Shown: piece after piece, positions 54,026-64,000 of the stretch
How the letters are laid out: the number at the start of each line of letters is the position of its first letter
Numbering within the stretch: position 1 is the first letter of the stretch
Source of the DNA: Perna viridis
Lineage: Eukaryota
Reading direction: 5' to 3'
Assembly (NCBI GenBank): GCA_037379345.1
Contig: CM074511.1
Span: 50,164,862 to 50,228,861 of the forward strand
DNA length: 64,000 nucleotides
Position numbers and translations under genes: made by a program
Notes under the pieces: model-generated
Database searches by the model: none
The model's input: only the letters and a program-made list of their open reading frames with translations
Told to the model about the DNA's origin: nothing

Positions 54026-54984
54026 GTTTAGTACTACTTCACTACGATTTTATTTCCTGTTTACTAGAATTAGTAATCGTTCCGAAATATCACTTTGGAT
54101 AGCAACGACTAAATATTGATTGCCCAAACAGGTCAGTAAACATGGTAAATATACTGTGACCGCTGACCATAGGTAGGATAATTACTTTAAATCCTTAGAA
54201 TAATTAATACCGGTCAATAAATGGGCTGTAAATACATATACACACAGTGTAAGAATAATTGCGTCATCAAAAGTTGGTTATATTGACCCCTTTAAGAAGT
54301 GTTCAAATAAAATGTTTAGGCTATTTGAGTTTTATAAATCGTCAATAAAAAAGCTATCTTAAAAAAATCATTTTTCTAAATAACCTTTTCTGCAGAAGAT
54401 CTTTTCTATGGTACATACGAATTCTGGGAAACATTTTCGGAATTTCATTTCAACCAACAAAAATGTTTTCCATTTGCCATTACTGCTGATGTAAAATATC
54501 AATTATTTTTCGTATACATAAGAGTTGTTCGAAAATTCGGGTATATATTTAAGTCGTGTGACACTACTACAAAACATGTTTTGCGTCGAAGTGACCTTTC
54601 TTTGTTATGTAGCCTGATCACAAGAAATTTTGTTCATATTTACACCAAATATTCAAACATACAAAAGGTAAATTGTGATATTTAAAAAAAACTGTGACTT
54701 TTTTATTGCACCTCGGCACACATATAGCTTTTCAAAATAATTCGGATAGGTTCTGTGAATGCAAGTTTAAGAAAGTTTTTGTCTAACCTTCTCCGGCACG
54801 CATAGATCAAGGATGCCTGCGAAATCGCAGTCGATTGGACAAAGCGTGGACGCAGTAATACTTTGACGGATCCAAACAAAATGAGTAATGGTTGTAAAGG
54901 ATCTACGATCATCTACAATACATCAATGGTGTACAGTTTTCTTCAAATTGCTTTAGTGGTTTAGGAGGAGTTGACGATTAACCT

Positions 54985-55400
54985 TTCAAGGGAAGGGTAA
55001 TCAAGGGAACCAAGGTTATAGTGGTAATCAAAAGAATGTAATCCAGGGACTAAGACCAGACATGGAAAACAGACATACACAACAAAGAACATAAAGTAAC
55101 TAAAATCATACATACAAAGTAACAAAAGCAAATGTAAAACTCGGACTCCACTAAAAACTGGGAGCATGGACCAGGTGCACCGGTAGAGTAAGCAGTCTCT
55201 GCTTTTCTAGAAACACCCGCCGAGTTGCTCATAAAAAGTCAAGTCCAGGGTAGTCAAACGAGGAAAGGAAAACTATGACCTGTTGAATAAATCCGTTTTC
55301 ATGGTGCAGATGGATACACCGTAATGATCCACGAGTTCATGATGACGACCATAAAACTTATGTAGTGATGACTTTAATCTTCTAGCAACAGAACCCTGTT
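54985..55400. mobile_element. Dispersed repeat (retroposon-like); related copy at 48195-48405
   Basis: Shared gtaatcaagg(g/a)aaccaag...gactcca(c/t)taaaaactg(g/a)gag(c/t)atggacca(g/a)gtg(c/t)accggt between the two loci. Confidence 0.65.
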
Positions 55401-55435
55401 CCAGAAGCCTATTTTTCTTTTTGACTCAGAACTGT

Positions 55436-55467
<32 letters not shown>

Positions 55468-56843
55468 TTTTTGCGTATGTATTTTTCTAACGAATGTAAG
55501 CGAATTATTTTTTTTTCTTTTTTTATTCACATTACTTATTTTTTAACCCTTCCTTACCAAATTATCTTTTCTCTAAGGCCAGGATCGAAATATTTTTAAC
55601 AACCAAATACCGCCCTCACTTGGGTGCGTCCCTAAAGCAAAGTTTCATATCACCATGCCACTGAACTATCCTGGAAAAATTGGTTTAATCTGGGACTAAG
55701 AAGCTGTTTTATTGGTCCCAGGTTTAATATTACGGAGGGGTATGCGACAAACGCAAAGTGGAGACTTTAAAGGTTATCCTGAGGCTTCGCCCAAGTTTTC
55801 ACTCTATGGCTAGTGGGCAGCATGAACATTTTTACGTTATCAAGAATTTCGCTAAATGTGCACGGAACAGGGGGCCTTCTTGGTCTGGTTTGAGGGTGTT
55901 CACGTTTTTTTCAATGTGGAAGACCCTCATACAACATCAAGACGCAGAAGAGGCATTAAAGCCCTGTTCCTTGATATCGGTTATTTTCAATGTATCATGT
56001 GAGTTTTTTCAGACGCATATTCACTCCGTAACCACCCTTTTATATGTATATACAAATATGTGATCCACCCCCAAACTGGGACTTGTCCACTCATGTTTTT
56101 AATGGGCGAATTGGCGAGAAAAGTCAAAAGGGGACTTTCTAGCCTTTTGTTCTACTATTCCTCGAAATTTCCTGTTAGTTATCAAAGATTTACGCCTAAT
56201 AATGCTTTCAAGTAGGTTATCAAAGTGGCGTTTTGTTAACTCGAAAAATATTTTTTATCTGGCTCAAAATGGAATTTGCATGTATTTTTGTGCTTAACAA
56301 CTGTACAAAGTTTTATCAAATGGAAAACGCCGGGAGACGAACGGACAGACAGACGGACGCTCAACTGAATCGTATGCATAATAAAAACTTTAAGCTTCAT
56401 TCACACTTTATCCGAACTGTGCATTTTGCTCGAACAGAACTTTTTATCATACAATGTAATAAAAGAAGACAACTACATGTTAGCTTTTCAGACTTCGTAC
56501 TACTGTACATTTTGTTTTATTTTCTAAAAGTTTTGCTCCACCTAGTGAAAAGGTGCACAATAAATTCCTAAATTACTCAAAACAATGGGTAGGGAATTTA
56601 CCAGTCATGGCAGTTTACACATAAAAAGGGGGAAAGGTCCGGACTTCGGGCCCAGATGTTTACATATAGAGGCGGAAAGGTTTTTTTCGACACATTCTAC
56701 GCCTTTCTATGTCTCAACTTTGCACCCCAGAAAAATGGTGGATGTCGTTTAATTAAGCAAAATAATGAATTTTCAATACTCGTGCAACACATGAACACAT
56801 GATCCGGGCAGTACTTTGATTGAGCGTGTCCGAAAGCGTATTA

Positions 56844-57270
56844 CACTCCTTGAGACGTTTAGGTTTCCCATTTTAGCGTTCGTTCATATTTTACCGTGCG
56901 TTTACACATCGTTTTTTGCGTTCGTTTAAACGCACGATGAACGTACAATAGAAGCGTTCGTTTATTTTTGTGCTTTGATTATTTCCTTGATTTCAACTTT
57001 ATTTTTATATTATTTGCTATTATTAATTTATATATTTTCATTAATTCAATTTTCTATTTTTTTCATCATTATTTGTTAATATTGTTACTTTTTATTTCTA
57101 TCATGCGTTTAAACGCACGCTGTGAGCGTTCGTTTATTGTGCGTTTAAACGCACGACAGGAGCGTTCGTTTAAACGCACGATAGAAGCGTTCGTTTATCG
57201 TGCGTTGGGTGAGCGTTTAGCGAGCGTTTAGGTATCGCGCGTGCTGGAAACTTAAACATCTCAAGGAGTG
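56844..57270. mobile_element. MITE with TA target duplication and palindromic subterminal repeats
   Basis: TA|CACTCCTTGAGACGTTTAGGTTTCC...GGAAACTTAAACATCTCAAGGAGTG|TA; several CGTTTAAACGCACG and GCGTTCGTTT units flank an AT-rich core. Confidence 0.85.
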
Positions 57271-60199
57271 TATAACACATGGACCAATGACGGTCTTCGA
57301 ATTTGGATATTTTCCCAAGAATTCGCGTTGAAGAAAAAAAAGACTGTTTCAAAGACAAATTTAGGAAGTACACTACATTCATACCTCATATCACAAATAT
57401 ATTTGACCTTGTATAGTTTCAGAGGAGTTTGCGGCTCAAAGAAATCGGTCTCTTCTTTAGTTGTATAGATTCCGGATACTTAGCTCCTTTGGATGAAAGA
57501 TTAAGAAACATGCCGATATCTACATGTAAAAATAAAGATTCAAACATCGTTCAATATTTTTTTGTAATACAATACAACATGATTTCATTTACATTACATA
57601 ATAAGACTAAATTATGCTAAAAAAAAGAATTATCATTTGGTTTGGTGCCATTGGCAACCGGAAAACAATCTCCCGATTATTTTGGAGTTTTTTTTAACTT
57701 CATATCTGATCTTTTCCAGACGGTAACAGCATACAATTTAATGGGGAAAAACATTCTACTTTTACCATGTGAAGTGCAATTCGACGAGTCTTTTTTCTCT
57801 CCCTTGCTTGCACAAAAACGAAATCTTGTATCATTTGAATGTCTCGCGTGATTGATATTTCATTTTAAATGAAAAAACTTTCTTTAGAAAAAGAAAATGT
57901 TTAGCGGACGCCGATAGAAACTACCTCAAATACCGTATCAATATACAGACATCATACCTAAATTTTCTACACCGCTTAACGGACGTGTATAATATGGTTT
58001 TGGATTTTAGGTACATTGTATTACAATGTATAATTATGATAAAAGTAGACATATTTAATAAATCTATCACGATTGCTAAGTGAAGGAACTAAAACTTCTT
58101 ACTGGTCTTATTTTTTGTCTGCAGTAAATGTAGGTCATTTCCTTGAGTTTATTTTTCAAGTAAATTGTTAAAACTGGCGAATTTGGACAATGAATGCTCA
58201 CAAGTAATTGGAGTTATTTTCATGCCAAAAAACAGTCATTCTATAAAAGTTTTTTAATGTCGTTTTGAACCACAATCAACCAAATACATTTTAAAGATAC
58301 TATATACCAACCAAGGAAAATACTCTTCATTTATCCGTTCGTCCGTCCACACACAGTTTCTATATATCAGTATCAATTTTTCTAAAGGGGCCGAATGGCA
58401 CTTGACGAAACTTGCACATAATGCCATTGTACACTTTCTATTCTACATTTCCATCTGAATGAATTTTTAGGTATCCATATGGTATCTGGGTAGGTGAGCA
58501 GATGTATGACCTTGATTTTTTAGGATTTGTAGTTAAAACGACCCACGGCTGATGTAACAGAGACAGACATCCAGAAAAGTCATGCAACGAAAAATCAAAC
58601 TTCTACAAGTCGCCGCTCGGCCTATAATGATTGGAAAACCCATACTATAAAAACTAGCCGTTAAAGGCCACTTTGATGTCAATTATAGTGTTCCAGACTC
58701 AGTCTAGAAATGAGGATGGTACGCGATTCATAATAAAAACTACTGTCTATTGCCCTGTATTCCTGAATAGTTTGGACCACAACTTCGAATATTGATCAAG
58801 ATATGCCATCAGAGTAAAAGCGCCAAAGTCAGAGTTTGTATACACTATAGAAACGTAAGTGCAGTGAAAAATAGGATTTTAAAAGAATTTTTTTTATTTT
58901 TGTTTTTTTGTTTTTTTGTTTTTTTTGTTTTTTGTTTTTTTTTCTTTTTGGTTTTTGTCTGGGAAAAGGGGGGATATAAGGCTGTTTTTTATACTTTTTA
59001 AAGAACTTTGCACATTTTTTACAAAACTCCCCCCCCCCAAAAAAAGGGGGGTCCAAACTCTGGAATCCCCCCTAAATCCACCAATGTTATCGAAGGTTCT
59101 TTTGGTGCTGGTGGTATCGACGATTACCGGTAGATTCACCTTAATGGGTACATCTACCGTCAAACCCGATTAGTATACCGACTAACTCGTTTACTCTATT
59201 AATTTACTTCCAAGGTGTTACCGGCCTGTGTGATGTCAGTTGTTCCTAAAAGCTTTAGTTTTTTGGTTGTCATAAACTTGGCTACATTTAGATTTGAGTT
59301 TTATGTTTCCTATTCTGTCTAAAGAAAACATCTTTGTTATGAAAGTTTTACACTATTTGCACTGGCGATTAGTATTGCATAAAAGTTTTAAAGCATCGAC
59401 ATAAAACATGGCCTCACGGTTTCTATTTTCACCTCGTTGTAAATTATGAAGTTTGCAATGGATTCATGGCAACCTGTTAATTTCGTTTATATTCAAAATA
59501 TAATAGGAGTAATTAGCCAGTCTTAGAAAAACAAATGAAGTTGGAAGCTAGACGCCATTAATTGAAGCTTTGTAAACCCTGTTGGGCTGTAGACGCCTGT
59601 AAGTGATTTTAGTCTTCAGGGTATTGCAAAGACCTATTGTCTGATGAAGCTAATCACGTGTTCCACTACAGAATGTCGACAACATCATGAAAGATAAGTA
59701 AATATCTTTAAAGTCTGGAGTATCTGCTTAACGTTTAAAATTCCAACAATAATCGCAAATCAATTTCACTCCGAGAAAAGTAATTTAACTGAAAATGCAA
59801 TCGCCATTTCTCGGCCAAACTCAGGATCTTGAGCATTGCCGGAATAGGCTAAGGATGTACCGATTGCTGAAAATGAAGCATTTTGACTATCTGTTTCTTT
59901 ATTTGCTGCAAAGAAAGCAACTAGGTGGTCATCGTTGTTTTGTATAAATACGATGTCGTGATAACAGACATTTAGAGATTTGTGTTTCCGTTGCCGACTA
60001 ACGGTGAACAGATAAGGATATTTCTTAATGATTGGTGAAAACTTTACACACTGTTTCTTCCTTCCTCAACAATATATATCCAAACAATACTACTACACAA
60101 ATAGTTAGTGCTTTTTAATGAAGTAATTACAAAAAAAAAACTGTGTCAGTGGAGACGATTTTTGATAGAAATAAAAAATCAAAAACAGCAAACAAAACG

Positions 60200-61185
60200 T
60201 CAGAAGGGAAATTACTCCATGGCTCAACAGATTAACACAAACAAAAATTTGACCACTGATATATCTCATCATTCTGTACACTTTGACCTTATGCCAAAAT
60301 TTTGCTAAACCTATAGGTTTTTAAGATATATGTTAAAAACTGCTGTCTGACCCCTATGTTCTGTTTTCAGTAACGGTAACCATGCTTGTCGACGGATCAA
60401 AAATCCCCTCAAAAAATTGAAATTGCGCGTCATGTGTTATTTCCTGAATGAAATAGAGGAACTTATAATTAAAAAGAAACAAAATTTTACTGCGTGGGCT
60501 ATCTTTTTTTTAAAGATAGTACTTGTTTAAAGTAATATCATTAAAAAAGCGAAAAACGTCCAAGAAAGGCAATAACTTCTACATGACTCCTCACATTTTC
60601 ACCAAAATTTGATTACAGATAGATCTTATTATGAAAAACGCTTTTACTCTGTCAAAATTGTGTTAAACCTAACGGTTGTGGAGATATACCGATAAATCCA
60701 GACCCCTATGTTCTATTTAGTAACGGCGGCCATATTTGTGGACGGATCAAAATCCCCACATCAATTCTGTGCAGAATACCCGGCAGAACATTCATATGAA
60801 GTTTGATTCTTAATTGTATTTATGTCACAGGCGAAGATTTTAAAAAAAAAACGAAAAATGTCCAAAAAGGGCAATAACTCCAACATGGCTCAACAGATAA
60901 ACACGAAAATTTGACCACTGATAGTCCCCATACCGTCATAATTAAGCTCAACTTAACGGGTTTGTAGACACTGTCTGACCCCTGTGTTCTATTTTAGTGA
61001 CGGTGGTCATGTTTTTCGACGAGTAAAAATTCCCCACATCTGTTCTAATCAGAATACCCTAAAAACTCGTACCAAATTTGGTTCTAATTGGACCAGTAGT
61101 GAAAGAGAAAAAATGTTTTGAAAAATTGTTAACGACACGACGGACGCCACCTCACATTGTCCTTCGATCCGGGTGAGCTAAAAAC
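60200..61185. mobile_element. Paralogous copy of the HINE-like element
   Basis: Same units at ~60349, 60701 and 60977; ends GGTGAGCTAAAAA. Confidence 0.6.
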
Positions 61186-61876
61186 GAAAACTCAACTTAC
61201 TTGGACTAAAATCCACTTTAAATTAGTTTTTTAGTGTAGCCAAACTAAACTTTAACGAATATGCTATAAATGCGTGGCAGTTCCACTCAAAATGTTGATG
61301 TAATTTAAGAAATTAATTTATTTCTTTCTCCCATCACGGTAAATGGTTGGTTGTAATTTTTATATATCGGAATTGGTGACTATAATAATTATCAAATAAA
61401 CAGATGACACCGAAGTGTATATAATCATTGGCCGAAATTATTGTTCTTTTTAAAAGTTAAAAATCAACTAAAAATAAAACAATCATAAATCAGACTCGAA
61501 ATATAGTCATGAAAAGTCTTTAACTGATCACTGTTAGTCCACAGAAAAAAATCCCTAAGAGTCTGTAACCATTCCTTGTCGTGACTCCATTAGTCATATT
61601 AGTCTGTTTGACGGCAACATCCACTGATCGTGATTGAATTCTCGACATCAATGACTTTTGGGTTTGATCAAAACCAGTCTAAGAAAGATAAACAAGATAA
61701 CCACTGTTCTGAGCAGGTCTTATTTCGAAGCATTTAACAGGGTATAACTGTATAAGAAAATTATAAGAAGCTATATTAGCGAAATAACAAGTAAAATTAT
61801 AAATGAACAAAGGGCGGATTCAATCAAAAAATGATTACTTAAAAAACACATCTCATGGAATGTCATCATCCTTCTG

Positions 61877-63855
61877 TTACATAATTTCACAGCCAAAGCA
61901 GTTCATCTCTTGATAGTCCGGGGCATACACTCGGCAATCTAACCCATACACATAATAATTCAAAGGTTTGTTCTGCTGCTGAGAGATATATTGAGTCACC
62001 GGAACCACTTCGATCCTATGTCTCTGGAATAAAAAAAAATAATCGTTCAATGACTAGTGGTAATAAAATTGATTGATAGTTTATAGTTTATGTCCAATTG
62101 CAGATATTTTATGGATTTTGATTATTCGTGTTGATCCTACTTTTTGCAAGCTCGATACACTAGTTTCTTTAATGTGCTAGCACATGGAAGCAACACGCTG
62201 CAGGGTGGAATAACATCCCACTTTGATAAGTCTGACTGAATTAATAAATAAAAATAAAAGACGAGAAGTAGTATTTTCTGTCCAGAGGTTAGCTTAGGCA
62301 TAGGTATAAGCATATTTTTCAGAGAGCCCATCCCCAATCTCTCGTGTTCAAGCTTGTTTTATATGGTTGTGAAGCATATTGTTCGGTAAGCCCTACCCAA
62401 TCTTCCGGGCTTGTTTGTTTTTGTCTTGGTTGTGGTCAAAAATGTCCTAAGTAGTCCGGTTAATTCAGTTTTATGTTTTAACTATCAAGAAACATAAAAC
62501 CGGAGAGATATCTAACAAGAATCAACACAAATATACTTTTTATGCACAATACTTGTTCAAGAACCCAATTAAATCGGAAGTGGATATTCACGGGCAGTTC
62601 AGGAGGTAGACCAAGGGTAAGAGACAGAACTCTTGAAATCAGTGATATGTTTGTATCATATGCAATTTCACCCAAGTCTATCAAGCTTTCATTTTAAACA
62701 GAGTGAAATCAGTCCAAGTTACTTTTATGCTTACAAACATTCCAATGATTTTTAAGAGTTGTGTCCCTTACCCTTGGTCTACCTCCTTAAACAAAATGTA
62801 AAGAGACGACAAACATAAACGGAAAACTACCAACATTAAAAATGCACAAAAAAATAGCATCCCTATAGTAATATATGGTTAGTATAGAGCATTATATTTT
62901 AAATTTATTGTATATATCGCGTTAAAAAGGCAAGTGTATTGTAATCCTCAAAAGGCTGGCCGCTAAAAAGTGAATGTCTTAAAAATGTTCATACATATAT
63001 ATAGCCTAGCTGGCCGAGTGGTCCAAGGCGCTGGACTTTGTGCAGGTGGTGTTGCCATAGATGTCTACCAAATATCTCTTGAGATTGAATGAAAATTGTG
63101 GTTACCCATTACCAATATTTGTGACAATCCACAGTATATAAAGGTTACATAATAAAAAAAAACTTACCTGTGAGAGAATTTTTGAGTGTGGATATTGGGT
63201 TTTTTGCTCGGCAATCAGTCTAGCAGAGGCAGCAACTACACTTGGTTCATCACAGTGAGATATGGGTAGTAGCTAAAAGTAAGTAAAAACTGTTTTCTAC
63301 GGTCAGTCAATTATTATAATTTCTCAACTTAAAAAAAATATTGATATTTAAACACGGTTTCCTTCTGTACCATTTTCAATTAGAATCTCTCACTTTAATT
63401 TCAGGAAGCATGCGATATCTTTCTCGAATTTAAGTCAAAGACAAAATCCAGACGAAAGGAACTCTAGTTAAAGAATTTGGTCAATTTTTTTCCATATACT
63501 AGAAATTTGAAAATAAATGTGTGCGCATGTCCTTTTGTTTGTGTTCTAAACGTGTGCGTACGTCTTTGTGTTTGTGTGCTAAAGGTGTGCGTACGTCCTG
63601 GTGTTTGTATGCTACAGGTGTACATACGTCATGGTGTTCGTGTGCTGAAGGTTTTCGTACGTCTTGGTGTTTGTGTGCTTTTGCGCTTCCAGTATTTTGT
63701 ACAACAAATATCATCGTCGTTTCTTAAACATAATTGATGATAACCATCATACCATGGGGTGCTCGTCTTCAAACACAATGGTCCCTGGAACTTCACTGAC
63801 TAACACCTGGGGCACATTATCCGTGCCAGCAACAAATTCAGTCTTATATGTTTTC
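61877..63855 (-). CDS. SSUH2: SSUH2-like protein, tandem paralog B; 3' three exons 63753-63855, 63168-63272, 61877-62023; the rest lies beyond the window
   Basis: Same exon sizes (103, 105, 147 nt) and intact splice sites as copy A, no stops: KTYKTEFVAGTDNVPQVLVSEVPGTIVFEDEHPM | LLPISHCDEPSVVAASARLIAEQKTQYPHSKILSQ | RHRIEVVPVTQYISQQQNKPLNYYVYGLDCRVYAPDYQEMNCFGCEIM*. Confidence 0.88.
63515..63679. repeat. 33-bp minisatellite (5 units); 2.5 units at the paralogous site 46015-46097
   Basis: Unit approximately AAAGGTGTGCGTACGTCYTGGTGTTTGTGTGCT. Confidence 0.85.
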
Positions 63856-64000
63856 CTTGGAGCAAGAAAAATATCACGTATGTATAAAAGTAAAGTAAAC
63901 CCATTGTGAAAGAAAGAAAGAAAGAAAGAAAGCAGATACATCCGATACAAGTTTCCGCCACAGAGTATCTTCTCGGTTTAGACATGAAATTTTTCTCTGA

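Larger units (their letters stand above)
38278..64000. repeat. Tandem segmental duplication (~16-kb unit) carrying SSUH2-like genes
   Basis: Collinear homologous blocks: 38278-38396/54700-54807, 38451-41050/57631-59872, 41040-42075/60240-61390, 43320-46330/61450-63965 (boundaries approximate). Confidence 0.92.

Noticed and set aside
58792-59173. Lys-rich or Phe-rich ORFs (also at 357, 8823, 23311, 26060, 56968)
   Set aside because: They are translations of T/A-rich low-complexity tracts.

Overview
AT-rich, intron-rich animal DNA, most likely from a bivalve mollusc judging by the repeat families. It is not prokaryotic, so most ORFs in the supplied track are spurious or exon fragments. (1) Positions 1-27921 are the distal part of a very large intron of a Shal/Kv4 (KCND) voltage-gated K+ channel gene. 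Its last four coding exons (+ strand, 27922-34101) splice in frame with GT-AG junctions and end in a PDZ-type tail, VRISTL. (2) Convergent with it on the - strand is a complete 13-exon SSUH2-like gene (54025 to 43728, 391 aa, six CxxCxG zinc-finger motifs, C-terminal CaaX CEIM). The 3' three exons of a tandem paralog (63855 to 61877) follow, made by a ~16-kb segmental duplication. (3) Mobile elements include a 5'-truncated CR1/L2-type LINE with a 12-bp TSD, two copies of a non-tRNA SINE with a structured 5' head, a Penelope-like fragment with a hammerhead core, a deleted Gypsy LTR element with a chromodomain remnant, several MITEs, Helentron-like satellite elements and a 45-bp minisatellite with higher-order structure. 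The most notable observations are the covarying pseudoknot head of the SINE, a 187-bp non-coding block that is 100% identical between duplicates whose exons have diverged, and replacement-rich divergence of the SSUH2 paralogs.
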